Under the pieces are notes generated by a model. It was not told the DNA's origin, ran no database searches, and worked only from the letters and a program-made list of their open reading frames with translations. From a virus, in the IMG/VR virus record IMGVR_UViG_3300046500_000236, positions 1 through 64,000 of that record: DNA of 64,000 bases; one strand, given 5' to 3'. Numbering within the stretch: position 1 is the stretch's first letter; each line of letters starts with the position of its first letter. A program made the position numbers and the translations under genes. Below, in pieces: positions 1 to 9,030 of the stretch.

Positions 1-226
1 CGACGCGGCTCACCAGGTTCTCCAGCTCGTGCTTTAGGCGCCCGTGCTCGTGGATCGAATCCTCGCCGGCGAATGGGCCATCGATCAGGCTCCAGGCCGA
101 CGAAACCACCTGGTGCTGCTCCATGACTTCCTCAATCAGACGACGGCGGACATCCGCGCGCGTCTCTGGGTCCAGCTGGGCGAGCACTGTGCCCGGTATG
201 TCGATCAATTTAGGGATGTTGTCCAC
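1..226 (-). CDS. hypothetical protein, N-terminal part only (ORF runs off the left edge)
   Basis: Minus-strand frame is open from the window edge to GTG at 226, with GAGAG just upstream. Third codon positions are GC-rich. It is absent from the ORF track because no stop lies inside the window. Confidence 0.4.
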   Translation of the reverse strand, partial: MDNIPKLIDIPGTVLAQLDPETRADVRRRLIEEVMEQHQVVSSAWSLIDGPFAGEDSIHEHGRLKHELENLVSRV

Positions 227-236
227 GTTCGTTCTC

Positions 237-689
237 TCAGTGTTTAGTGGGCGAAGGGCTGATCGGCAGTTCCGCCAGTGCTTGTAATCTTTGCTTTGCG
301 CGGTGCGTGGCGACCCTGGTGCGGATGTCTTCAATCCCCTCCAGGTGCGCGAACGCTCGATCGCTGGTTTCAGGTGTCGCGTAGCCGATCAGAAAGCTGT
401 TGATCAGGCTCTTGAGCAGCCCGGCCGTGTCGTGATCCTTGATCACCGATTGGATAGCGAACTGCTCGAGCAGCACGGCTGGGGTCATTTCAAGGAAGTG
501 CAGACCGACGCGCTCGCCGATGTCGGTGAACAGACGACGCATGCCATCGGTCGCCTTCGCTTTTTCGCCTCCAAGCTCCAGGCGGCGCCCTGTGAGGACT
601 CCCACCGGGATGCTGGCCAGCTCCTGCAGCTTGGCCTCGACCGCAGTAGCAATCCGCGCGCTGTAATCGTTCTTTTCTGGCTGAATCAT
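237..689 (-). CDS. hypothetical phage protein
   Basis: 150-aa ORF, tightly spaced and co-oriented with its neighbours. No diagnostic motif. Confidence 0.65.
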   Translation of the reverse strand: MIQPEKNDYSARIATAVEAKLQELASIPVGVLTGRRLELGGEKAKATDGMRRLFTDIGERVGLHFLEMTPAVLLEQFAIQSVIKDHDTAGLLKSLINSFLIGYATPETSDRAFAHLEGIEDIRTRVATHRAKQRLQALAELPISPSPTKH

Positions 690-701
690 GTGGAATCTCT
701 A

Positions 702-1178
702 TCAGTTGAGTTTCTTGCGTTCGAGCAGCGCCTCAAGAGCGAGCACAAGCGTGGGCCCCATGTTTCCGCGGCCAGTGCCAAGGCAATATTCGCGCAACGT
801 GGCTGCCTGTATCCCGAGCCGGTCTGCAAGGTCCTTTCGGGTGGCACCAGTGATGCGCATCACATCGTCCACCAGGTGCGATATGCGCGCGCTGTCTGGG
901 ATCGGCGGCAAAGGCGTCATCAACGCTTCCAGTGCTTGGAACTGATCAGGCGCCAGTTCGGCGGCGCCGCGCTCCAGTTCCTCGAACAGCTCCGGGTGGT
1001 CTCGACGGGTCAGAGCTATGTCGAGCCATTCACGCTTGCGCAGATCGAAGCAAGCCACGGGCAACGGGTCGCACCCGCTGGCTATCGCCGCCAGCGACAC
1101 CCTGTAGACGGCCTCACGCAGCATTGGAGTGCCCACAAGGTCACCACCCACCAGGGTGAGGTACTTAAACCCGTGCAT
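702..1178 (-). CDS. hypothetical protein with C-terminal HTH-like segment
   Basis: 158 aa. 'TRKDLADRLGIQAATLREYCLG' looks like a helix-turn-helix. Confidence 0.65.
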   Translation of the reverse strand: MHGFKYLTLVGGDLVGTPMLREAVYRVSLAAIASGCDPLPVACFDLRKREWLDIALTRRDHPELFEELERGAAELAPDQFQALEALMTPLPPIPDSARISHLVDDVMRITGATRKDLADRLGIQAATLREYCLGTGRGNMGPTLVLALEALLERKKLN

Positions 1179-1422
1179 CAGCTACGTCCTTGAGGGCCAT
1201 GCAGTGATCGAGGCTCACGCAGCCGCTCTTGCCCTCCAGCCAGATCACGGCCGAGTGCCCACCCATCACCTGGGCTTCGCTGATGCTTTTGCCGCGGTGT
1301 GTCTCGCCATCGCCGATGATGGCCTCATACACCACAGTGGTGCCTTCTGGGTGATTTCGATTCCAGCGGTCGCACTGGGCTTGCAGCTGGGCGGCGGTGG
1401 GGATTTTACGTTTTGCGGTCAT
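1165..1422 (-). CDS. hypothetical protein
   Basis: ATG at 1422 is preceded by GAGAGA. The ORF-track start at 1497 adds an implausible extension. Confidence 0.55.
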   Translation of the reverse strand: MTAKRKIPTAAQLQAQCDRWNRNHPEGTTVVYEAIIGDGETHRGKSISEAQVMGGHSAVIWLEGKSGCVSLDHCMALKDVADARV

Positions 1423-1552
1423 GGCGTTTCTCTCAGATGGTTTGTTTGCCAGCTGGATATTACGGCGCCCAGCAGCCTTAATCAAGGCAAAGAACAACGC
1501 CCGGCATACTTTCTTGCGGCATATAAAATCGTCTGGCGTTCTTTCAAGCGTG

Positions 1553-1575
1553 AAAAAGCCCGCTGAGTAACGGGC
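1553..1575 (-). terminator. intrinsic terminator after the 1592-2041 gene
   Basis: GCCCG/CGGGC stem. The A-run on the plus strand gives a U-tract on the minus transcript. Confidence 0.6.
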
Positions 1576-1591
1576 TTGATGGCGGGGCGGT

Positions 1592-2041
1592 TTAGGCGGC
1601 GTGGTAAGCGCGGGGCTGGCTGGAACTCATGCGACAGGCCCGGTGGGCCAGCTGCTCGGTGGCGCGGCGCAAGGCATTCTCGGCACAGGCCAGCTCAAAT
1701 GATTTGAAGTCCTGGCGGCGGGAAAGGCGGTATTCCCCGGCGACAGTACGCACGGAACGCTGGTGTATCTCACCCACGACCTCGATGGCGGCAGTGCCCA
1801 CCACCAGCACGTCGCGACTGGCGCGCAGGATGCCCGGCACGCACTGCTCGATGGCCTTGAGGGTCAAAATATTGCGCTTGGGGCGCTCCGGGCAGGGCTC
1901 GCAATGAACGGGGCTCAAAAGCAGGCGTTCATCACCACTGGGTAACACTCCCATCACGTACTTGTTGTCTGCCCGGAAGGCTACGAACTCGGCTGCGTCG
2001 ATGAGCTCGTTTTCGGGGTGGGCGTAGCACTTGAACTGCAT
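1592..2041 (-). CDS. possible LytTR-type DNA-binding protein, monocistronic
   Basis: 149 aa. 'FVAFRADNKYV...ILRASRDVLVVGTAAIEVV' resembles the LytTR pattern. It has its own upstream 12-bp motif and a downstream terminator. Confidence 0.55.
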   Translation of the reverse strand: MQFKCYAHPENELIDAAEFVAFRADNKYVMGVLPSGDERLLLSPVHCEPCPERPKRNILTLKAIEQCVPGILRASRDVLVVGTAAIEVVGEIHQRSVRTVAGEYRLSRRQDFKSFELACAENALRRATEQLAHRACRMSSSQPRAYHAA

Positions 2042-2093
2042 AGGGGAAATCCTCGCTTAGCTATGGCGCCCGAGCAATGTGCCACTAAAAAAC

Positions 2094-2105
2094 TATCCGC
2101 GTACA
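2094..2105 (-). promoter_or_regulatory. 12-bp motif A copy (TGTACGCGGATA on the minus strand)
   Basis: Exact copy in the intergenic region upstream of the 1592-2041 gene. Confidence 0.6.
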
Positions 2106-2176
2106 TGTTTCGGACGAAAAACCCCGCCTTAACCCCCTCAAAACCGCGTTTTAGGGGGTCTAGGGGCTTGGTGCTA

Positions 2177-2548
2177 TCAGTTGAACTTGATGGCGGACCA
2201 GGACTCGCGCAGTAGCCCAGCTGTCTGCCAAGGATCGAACCCTCGACTGGGTATGTTGAACGCTATGTCGATTGGCTTGCGGATCTGGCCCAGGTTGAAC
2301 TCCATTTTCAGCGTCGGGATGTTGTTGTCACGGATCAGCTGCGCCACGGCCGGGTGCACCACGATGCTGTCTCCCAAATTCCAATACGAATTCATGTCCG
2401 GCACCTGCTTGGCGTGACAGGTGAAGGCCTCGCCAGGCTTGTAGCGCTTGCGGTGCGACCACTTGCGCTCTGTGCGCCAGGTGATGGTTTTGGTCAGCAG
2501 CTCGCTTTCGACGACGCGGCATCCCGCGAATATATTCAGATCGAGCAT
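2177..2548 (-). CDS. hypothetical protein
   Basis: 123-aa ORF whose start overlaps the upstream gene end by 13 nt. Confidence 0.6.
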   Translation of the reverse strand: MLDLNIFAGCRVVESELLTKTITWRTERKWSHRKRYKPGEAFTCHAKQVPDMNSYWNLGDSIVVHPAVAQLIRDNNIPTLKMEFNLGQIRKPIDIAFNIPSRGFDPWQTAGLLRESWSAIKFN

Positions 2549-3420
2549 GGTGCGATTCCTACGTAGTGTGTCTGGGGGGTGTTACGGGCGATCTGGGCGA
2601 ACTCTTTCTGCAGGCGCCTGTACTCGCGCACCTCGGCCAGCAGCCGCAGGGTGTCACCCGAACTGGCGCCCATGCCGCGATTGGCCGCATGCTCAATGCG
2701 ATCGAGGTCAAACACCCAGGCATCGGTCATTTCCTTCACCACTGCCGGCACATAGCTCACGCCTTCCGCAAAGCCCAAGGCCAGGGAGTCGAACACACTA
2801 GTGGGCGCAATCCCCGCAGCTGCCATTTCTCTTTTGGCGGTCATTTCATAGACCCCATGTTTCTCCACGAACGTCTGCGCCGTGCCCTGCTCGATGGTTG
2901 CGACCTCCATCGCGTCTATTCGAACTTTCCCGTCGCCGAACGCTTCGGCAGCGTCAATGCAGGCTTGGGCTCGAACGTTGAGGAAACGCTGGGCATTGTC
3001 GGGATTACGTGGGCGGGCGCCTTGTGAGACTTCACAGATGTGCACCGGTGCAGGCAATGACGGCATCATGCTTTTCAAGGTTTTGAGCAGATACAGACCT
3101 GCTCCCGTCATATCAACAGCGATGGTGGCCCGGGGAAGGGTTGAGGCATATTCCAGGATTTGCCGTGCGGCCTGATGTAGCTCCCAGTGGCCTGGAAACA
3201 TGAGTACCGCGGCAGTCTCTACACGTCGGCGCTGATTCATTGCCAGGCGCCCACCTGAACCGATAACGCGCATGTGAGTGACGACGGTGTGATCTTGCAC
3301 AACGACGGTCATGAGGTGGCCCCATGGCTCGTTGTCACCTATCACGGGCGGGGCGTCGATCGCGTTTTCGATGGTTTCACGACTGATCAGGCGTTTGATT
3401 TCATGCGGTACGTGCGGCAT
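2536..3420 (-). CDS. stand-alone paralogue of the terminase large-subunit nuclease domain
   Basis: 294 aa. It aligns by eye to the C-terminal half of the adjacent terL (RRRVE, IAVDMTGAG, RFLNVRAQ, SVFDS, VSYVPA) and has no ATPase motifs. Confidence 0.7.
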   Translation of the reverse strand: MPHVPHEIKRLISRETIENAIDAPPVIGDNEPWGHLMTVVVQDHTVVTHMRVIGSGGRLAMNQRRRVETAAVLMFPGHWELHQAARQILEYASTLPRATIAVDMTGAGLYLLKTLKSMMPSLPAPVHICEVSQGARPRNPDNAQRFLNVRAQACIDAAEAFGDGKVRIDAMEVATIEQGTAQTFVEKHGVYEMTAKREMAAAGIAPTSVFDSLALGFAEGVSYVPAVVKEMTDAWVFDLDRIEHAANRGMGASSGDTLRLLAEVREYRRLQKEFAQIARNTPQTHYVGIAPCSI

Positions 3421-3463
3421 AGGGGACTCTCGTTTCAGTTGAGCGCCATTGGCGCGGGTTTGG

Positions 3464-5020
3464 TTAATCCAGATCGGCCAGTTCAGCCTTGGCCTTGTTC
3501 AATGCGTGCTCACGTTTGTCCTCGATCAGGTATTCGCTTTCCGCGCGCGCCGGCACGTAGTCCACGCTTTCGAGGAAAACCATGCACACGGTGTCGAAGA
3601 AGTCGGGAGACGGCAGGTTTTCGGCCGCCATGTCCTGCTTACGGGCAATGTGGTACCGGCCCAGCTCGTCGAGGAAGTAGGGCATGCGGCTGGCCTGGTC
3701 GAGCAGATCCTTCTTGTACTTGCGGGTGAAGCGAATGGCGCCGTCCTTGATGGCCTCAATCGCGTGCACGGTCGATTGCGCGCGCTGATTGAGGAAGCGC
3801 TTGCGGTATTCGTTGGAGAACGGCAGTTCGCCCCAGCGCACACCCTTGCAGTGAATGTTCCCTGGGCCCAGCTCGATCAGGCGCTTGAGAAACTGGTTAC
3901 CCATGGCGTTGGTGTCCACGATGATCGTGACGTTGCTGAACATCGCGGCGTAGTCCAGCACCTTGCGCGCCACCGGTGTCCAGTCCTCGGTGCTGGTGTA
4001 GACCGGCACGTCCACCACTTCCACCCGGCGCCGATCTGGCGACATGCGATCGCCGTTACCCACCACCTTGAAGTGTGTGGCCACGGTCTTGTCTCGGCCC
4101 ACACCGGCCGCCACGTCGACCACAATGACGTGCCCGTACGCTTCGCCGTCCAGGATGACGTTCGGGCCCTCGATGCAGCGCTCGACCGCCACACGGCTGA
4201 CCAGGTACTTGCTCGAGTTGGTCGGGAACATGCCCCGGACCTTGATTTGATACTCGGGCTCGTCGCGGCCGCCGTACTGGATGATCTTTGCCCTGATGAA
4301 AGGCATGTCCACCAGCGGGCTGTCTTCGGAGTTGAAGGTAAGCGAAGTCCACTCGCCACCCTGCTCCTTGCTCAGGTTGTGGTGGGTGTCCCGGAAGAAA
4401 CCGCTGTCACGCGTCGGCTGTGAGGCCATGATGAAGCGGTTGCGCTTATCGGTCATGGCGCCACCGATCACGCCAAAGTTCGCGTCAGGGATGCCCGACG
4501 CCTCGTCCGCCATCCACAGCAGATAGCGTTCGTGCGTACCGGCCAGGTTCTCAGGCGAGCCGCGTGGCGCTGTACGGGTGGTGATGAACCAGTTGGCCGA
4601 ACGGGTGTTGATGTAGACCTTTTCGGCCTGAATGGTGACGTACTCGGCAATCCAGGCGTGCGGGCCCTTCTTGATTTCCGCCAGCAGGTTGGTCATTTCC
4701 TTCCATACACCCTCCCGCACCGTTTTGAGCTTCGGCGCGGTGATGTAGGTGTTGGAGTTGGGATAGCAGAACAGGTGCCAGAACCCGATCACGCCAAAGG
4801 AACGTGTCTTGCCGGTACCGTGACCAGACGCTACCGATACGCGGGCACCAAACACACTTGTTTCATCGAACAGCTCTTGCTGCTGATGGGTCACGTCCAT
4901 GCCGCAGACTTCGACCGCAAACCCGTAGATATTGGCGGCGTATCGCTCCATGAACTCGGGGTAGCGCGGGTCCGCATCGATCGCGAACCGCTCTACCTTC
5001 TGTCGTGCCGCTCTGGCCAT
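3464..5020 (-). CDS. terL: terminase large subunit
   Basis: 518 aa with Walker A 'SGHGTGKT', Walker B 'LLWMADEASG' and a C-terminal RNase-H-like nuclease half with acidic residues in VVDVAAG, IIVDTN and PDFFDT. Confidence 0.9.
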   Translation of the reverse strand: MARAARQKVERFAIDADPRYPEFMERYAANIYGFAVEVCGMDVTHQQQELFDETSVFGARVSVASGHGTGKTRSFGVIGFWHLFCYPNSNTYITAPKLKTVREGVWKEMTNLLAEIKKGPHAWIAEYVTIQAEKVYINTRSANWFITTRTAPRGSPENLAGTHERYLLWMADEASGIPDANFGVIGGAMTDKRNRFIMASQPTRDSGFFRDTHHNLSKEQGGEWTSLTFNSEDSPLVDMPFIRAKIIQYGGRDEPEYQIKVRGMFPTNSSKYLVSRVAVERCIEGPNVILDGEAYGHVIVVDVAAGVGRDKTVATHFKVVGNGDRMSPDRRRVEVVDVPVYTSTEDWTPVARKVLDYAAMFSNVTIIVDTNAMGNQFLKRLIELGPGNIHCKGVRWGELPFSNEYRKRFLNQRAQSTVHAIEAIKDGAIRFTRKYKKDLLDQASRMPYFLDELGRYHIARKQDMAAENLPSPDFFDTVCMVFLESVDYVPARAESEYLIEDKREHALNKAKAELADLD

Positions 5021-5084
5021 GCCTTCCCTTACGCCCCACAGGGGGGATTTCTCAGCGATCCCACTCTACGGGGCGCATGGCCAG

Positions 5085-5249
5085 TCAATTCGTGGTGGTT
5101 TGCGCGATGGGGGCGCTGCTGAGCAGGCTTTCGAGCATGGCGGCCTGCGCTGGGGTTAGCGGCTTGCCGGCGACCAGCTCAATGAACGCCCGCAGCTCGT
5201 TGTGGTGGCGCGCCAGTACGGCCGCTTCGGTCGAGTAAGGGAGATTCAT
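5085..5249 (-). CDS. small hypothetical protein (54 aa), not in ORF track
   Basis: ATG at 5249 overlaps the upstream stop (ATGA). High GC3. It fills the gap before terL. Confidence 0.5.
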   Translation of the reverse strand: MNLPYSTEAAVLARHHNELRAFIELVAGKPLTPAQAAMLESLLSSAPIAQTTTN

Positions 5250-5827
5250 ACCGATGCACCTTGCTGACGTTCACGATCGGCAATGAGCAGCGCCACCGCT
5301 TTGGTGATGGACTCAGCGGCGTCACAGCGTTTGAGCGGGGCGTTAGGCCATGGCCATACCCGCTTGAACATGATCGATTGAATGCCCGCGGCCTGGAGCA
5401 CGTAGCACGCGGCCGCGCGGATCAGTTCGTTGTGCTGGTACTGCTGATCCCAATTCAGGCCGTAGCCTTCCATGGTCAGCTGGCGTTGGCGCTCCATTAC
5501 CATGGCCATCGCCGTCGGGCTGGCGGCGGGCACGTTCACGAACAGTGCCATGGGTGCCTGCCAGCCTTGACGAACCTTGAGCGCCCAATCATCCGCGCCC
5601 GGACCCGGTGGGCGCGTGTGACAGATCCCGTGGACGCGATTGGCGCGTCGGGTGGCCCAAGCCACCGGTTTGGCTCCCGCATCGCCCAGCGGCTTCGCAG
5701 CGCTCAGCCATACCTGATACGTGGCCTGTGTTGCGGGGTTGGCATAGCCGTCGCCCTCGCGCTCCAGGTCATTGATCCCGGCGCCGGCGCAGGCGTGTTC
5801 GAAGTCGGCGCGCTCGAGGAACATCAT
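5246..5827 (-). CDS. hypothetical protein
   Basis: Start 'MMFLERADFEH' at 5827 overlaps the upstream stop (ATGA). The C-terminal 'ELIRAAACYV...WPWP...KAVALLIADRER' vaguely recalls NTP-pyrophosphohydrolase-like phage proteins. Confidence 0.6.
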   Translation of the reverse strand: MMFLERADFEHACAGAGINDLEREGDGYANPATQATYQVWLSAAKPLGDAGAKPVAWATRRANRVHGICHTRPPGPGADDWALKVRQGWQAPMALFVNVPAASPTAMAMVMERQRQLTMEGYGLNWDQQYQHNELIRAAACYVLQAAGIQSIMFKRVWPWPNAPLKRCDAAESITKAVALLIADRERQQGASV

Positions 5828-6048
5828 GCTGCGCCCGCCAAAGGGGAAGCGTCGAGGATCTGCCAGCGATCGGGGTGCAGCTCCTGCCGTTCTTTGCGCT
5901 GAATGAGGCCATCCGGCCACTTGAGCCACAGCGCATCACCAATCTCCAGTTCCACGCTCAGCTGGATGTCCGATTTCAGATCGCGGACGGCGACCGATGG
6001 GTTGATGCGGGTGCTGCCTGCGTTGATGAACACGGGTTGTGGGTACAT
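5824..6048 (-). CDS. hypothetical protein
   Basis: 74-aa ORF coupled to its downstream gene. Confidence 0.55.
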   Translation of the reverse strand: MYPQPVFINAGSTRINPSVAVRDLKSDIQLSVELEIGDALWLKWPDGLIQRKERQELHPDRWQILDASPLAGAA

Positions 6049-6051
6049 AGG

Positions 6052-6225
6052 TCACGACATCTTCAAAGGTAATTGAGCTCGGGCGCATTCGTTGAAACCG
6101 TGAGGCAATGCCTTCACGGCCTTCTCGCAGTTACGGCGCCGACATTCCTCGCAGTAGGTGTAAGCGGCGGGGCGGCCTTGATTGCGCCACACCACGCGCT
6201 CCCCCAGGCAGTACCGACACTGCAT
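6052..6225 (-). CDS. small zinc-ribbon protein (57 aa), not in ORF track
   Basis: ATG at 6225 with AAGAGGGA RBS. Translation 'MQCRYCLGERVVW...YCEECRRRNCEK' has two CxxC pairs. Confidence 0.6.
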   Translation of the reverse strand: MQCRYCLGERVVWRNQGRPAAYTYCEECRRRNCEKAVKALPHGFNECARAQLPLKMS

Positions 6226-6237
6226 GGGTGGTCCCTC

Positions 6238-7263
6238 TTAGTCCGCGTACTGGGGGGAACGCTTCTGCATCATCAAGTCCGCGTATGCCCATCGGCGATC
6301 AGCGAAAGCGGCAGGGCTTTCGTCCTCGAGCGGGGTCAGCGGGCAGTGGATAGCGAAGTCGTCGCGCAGATCCTCCAGGTGCAATGGATCTGCAGCGGGC
6401 TTGGATGCCACGGCACCGTCGTAGATGTACTGAGGGCACTGAGCGATCATGAGTCCACCCTTCAATGCCATCTCGCGCAGGCGTGGGGACAGCAGGATGT
6501 GCGGCGACTCCGGCTCGCCCTCATCCTCGAGGCGCTTGACCATTTCGCCAAACGCAGCCCATTGCAGGTGACGGGCGTTTTCGTTGTGCATGTGTGCTCG
6601 CTGGCTGGCCAAGGTGTCCGGCGATGCACCTACGGGCAAAACATGAAAGTTTGCAGGCCGCTCGGCTGTACTGCCTTCCGGTGTATAGCGTGCGGACGGA
6701 TCGTGATACATGGTCCCCACCGCACAGGTCTGAGGCTCACCAATGCGCCGATCAGTCAGCGTGAGCGAGTGGATGTGATCGCCCTCCGAACGCGGAAGTA
6801 AATTTGAGGAGAAGTGGTGGCCCGGCCCCGAAATGCTGATTTCATGGGTATGGCTACCTGTAGGCGACTCTGCCAGTTCATCGCAAGGCAGATCCGCAAC
6901 CATTGGGACGGCTGCAGGCTGGGCGGTGACAGCCGCGGCCGCGATCCGAGCCAGGTCGGCATTGAGGGGAATGCTCTTTGACTGACTGATGCGCTTGTGA
7001 AGGGACAGTGAGCGCGCCATCGGGGTCTTGAGGAAGTCATTGATAACAGAGCGCAGCGCATACGGCGTCTTAACGGTGTCATTGGCGCCCTTCTGCAATG
7101 GAGCCCAGCCCGCGGACGTGCCCACAAACAGCAGCTGCCCGTGGTTGTTGCCCTTGCGCACCTTACAGCCGGTGTCTACCAGGTAGGCGCGAAAGTCCTC
7201 AATCTGATCCGGCCGGAGCAATCCGGTGTCGTTGTTCTTCAACATCTCGATAGCGTTGCTCAT
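6238..7263 (-). CDS. hypothetical protein
   Basis: 341-aa ORF in the operon between terS and terL. Confidence 0.7.
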   Translation of the reverse strand: MSNAIEMLKNNDTGLLRPDQIEDFRAYLVDTGCKVRKGNNHGQLLFVGTSAGWAPLQKGANDTVKTPYALRSVINDFLKTPMARSLSLHKRISQSKSIPLNADLARIAAAAVTAQPAAVPMVADLPCDELAESPTGSHTHEISISGPGHHFSSNLLPRSEGDHIHSLTLTDRRIGEPQTCAVGTMYHDPSARYTPEGSTAERPANFHVLPVGASPDTLASQRAHMHNENARHLQWAAFGEMVKRLEDEGEPESPHILLSPRLREMALKGGLMIAQCPQYIYDGAVASKPAADPLHLEDLRDDFAIHCPLTPLEDESPAAFADRRWAYADLMMQKRSPQYAD

Positions 7264-7571
7264 TGCCCTGCTCCTGACTTCTTGGTTGCCTTGAATGGCG
7301 TGAGGTTGGCGGCGCGACCAGTACGTCGTACCGCCTTCTTGTCCTGCTTGAGCGCTATGGGCTTAACCCACAGCTGCCCGGTTTTGAACTGATACAGCTC
7401 CCACAGGCCCAGCTTCATCTTGGCGCTGCCGTCCTCGTAGCACTGCCATGATCGGCGGCTGACGTGGATCAGGGTGGCGCTTGCGCGCTGGCTCAGACCG
7501 GCGAGCGCGCGGGATTCGCGCACCTGGTCGTGCGTGGGGATCAACGATGCGACGGAAGCGATGGCGCTCAA
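7260..7571 (-). CDS. XRE-type HTH protein
   Basis: 103 aa. 'ALAGLSQRASATLIHVSRRSWQCYEDG' is a Cro/C1-like HTH. Confidence 0.65.
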   Translation of the reverse strand: MSAIASVASLIPTHDQVRESRALAGLSQRASATLIHVSRRSWQCYEDGSAKMKLGLWELYQFKTGQLWVKPIALKQDKKAVRRTGRAANLTPFKATKKSGAGQ

Positions 7572-8683
7572 TCAAACTCTCCTTGCTCAATCCTGCGCAG
7601 GCGTTCCTGCATTTCCTCGCGCTTACGCAATGTCTCGGCCTGGGCGCGCTCAATGCGGGCGTCCAGTTCCTCAGTGCTCGGTCCGGTCTGAACGACAACG
7701 GCGGGCTCAACGTGCAGGTCGAAGATTTTGGCCAGCAGCTCGCGATAGCCCTTTTGTGAGCCTGCGCGGATCTTCAAGCCGTCTTTGGTTTCCTCCACGC
7801 CTTCGAACAGCGCCACAGCCGCAGGGCTGTAGCCACGCGAATCATGAAAGTAGGTGTACTGGTAGCCCTCGCCCGCACATTCGGGGCACTGAGGGTTGGG
7901 AGGCTCGCGCTTGTCGTAGCCCAGGCCGCCCAGTTCATCAAATGGGGGGAACGCGCCGCCTTTGCCATCATGCTGGGCCGCAGCAAGTTCGGCGGCGTAC
8001 TCCTCGCGGCGATGTTCCATTTCCCGAGGCGTGTGCTGGTAGCGGTGCTCGATGCCATAGCAGTAGCGGCAGCAAGCTCGACGCAACTCCGATATCTCGC
8101 GCTGGTCGGCGAAGGCAGCGGCGTGAATCACGCCAATGGTCTGGTTTTGCACGTCCGCGGTGCGCTGGAACATTTCGGCCTGGCGCGCGGCGTAGTACGG
8201 GTGGGCCTTAACCTTTTTTAGCAACTTGCTGGCACCGGCCGCAGCCACATTGTCGTTCTTGGCGGTGTAGCCCGCCTCGCGGTACGACCAGCTCGCGTTA
8301 TAGGTGGCCAGGTACAGATCCACGAACTTGGCCATTTTCGGGCTCAGGCCGTGCAACGTCGCTAAAGCCAAGGCTTCCAGCTGTTTGGGTGTCAGCTCAA
8401 TCGGGTTCTTGATCGCCGTCGTGCCTTGCTTGGCAGGCGTCTCGCTGGCCGGCTTCTCGACGGTTTTCGCGGCGCCTGGCGCAGCAGAATTTCGAGCCTT
8501 TGCGGGTGCTTTCCCGCTGGCCTTTGTCGCGCCCTTCCCCGTGTTGACCTTAGCAACGCGGGAGGAACTGCCGGATTTGGCAGCGGCCTTACCCTTTGGC
8601 GCGGATTCAGAATCCGCGTACGCACCTGATTTGTCCGTTTCTGACTTGCTTGCCATGGCTACCTCAAGGCGCACTTTCTTCAT
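7568..8683 (-). CDS. terS: terminase small subunit-like protein
   Basis: 371 aa. 'LTPKQ...KFVDLYLATYNASWSYREAGYTAKNDNVAAAGASKLLKK' resembles the small-terminase HTH. It has a Lys/Ala-rich N-terminus, and ATG at 8656 is an alternative start. Confidence 0.6.
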   Translation of the reverse strand: MKKVRLEVAMASKSETDKSGAYADSESAPKGKAAAKSGSSSRVAKVNTGKGATKASGKAPAKARNSAAPGAAKTVEKPASETPAKQGTTAIKNPIELTPKQLEALALATLHGLSPKMAKFVDLYLATYNASWSYREAGYTAKNDNVAAAGASKLLKKVKAHPYYAARQAEMFQRTADVQNQTIGVIHAAAFADQREISELRRACCRYCYGIEHRYQHTPREMEHRREEYAAELAAAQHDGKGGAFPPFDELGGLGYDKREPPNPQCPECAGEGYQYTYFHDSRGYSPAAVALFEGVEETKDGLKIRAGSQKGYRELLAKIFDLHVEPAVVVQTGPSTEELDARIERAQAETLRKREEMQERLRRIEQGEFD

Positions 8684-8732
8684 TACTGAATGTGGTCACG
8701 GGGCCAACTTCCTGCGCTCCCGGTGCAGCTGT

Positions 8733-8754
8733 AAAAAAGCCCGCATGCGCGGGC
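8733..8754 (-). terminator. intrinsic terminator downstream of the repressor gene
   Basis: GCCCGC-ATGC-GCGGGC hairpin. The A6 run on the plus strand gives U6 on the minus transcript. Confidence 0.65.
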
Positions 8755-9003
8755 CCCTTCACTTCTACCGCTTGCGGCGTTGGGAACTGGTATATCCCCC
8801 CACCTTTCCAGATTCGGGCACGCCTCTGGCAAGACGCGCATGGCAAAAGCAGAGCCTGCCCTTCGCGGTTATCCATGCTTCAAGTGTTTTTTCGCACCCC
8901 GTCTTTTCTCGGGATGCGGCTCAGCTGGCTTACCGCTCCAGCTGGCCACTTACAACGAGCGACCGCGTAACGCACCCATTAGGTGGGTCAGTCCTACCCC
9001 CGG

Positions 9004-9030
9004 CACAGCACTCACAGCACTCACAGCAAA
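9004..9030. repeat. three tandem 9-bp units CACAGCA(CT/AA)
   Basis: CACAGCACT CACAGCACT CACAGCAAA inside the 450-bp non-coding gap upstream of terS. Confidence 0.6.

Noticed and set aside
2094-2105. Mini-ORFs starting 'MYAD...' created because five copies of the 12-bp motif are preceded by A, which makes ATGTACGCGGATA.
   Set aside because: Only the copy at 9883 continues into a real gene. The others stop after 12-25 codons or are out of frame with the downstream gene, and three copies have C or T instead of A. The conservation therefore looks DNA-level, not peptide-level.
3449-4423. Long plus-strand ORFs antisense to minus-strand genes. Examples: 3449-4423, 47176-48198, 48077-49096, 49109-50503, 53808-54893, 55050-56258 and 57859-58614.
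   Set aside because: These are typical shadow ORFs of GC-rich DNA. Their translations are Arg/Gly/His/Val-rich with no motifs. Each lies fully inside a minus-strand gene that has clear family motifs or operon context.
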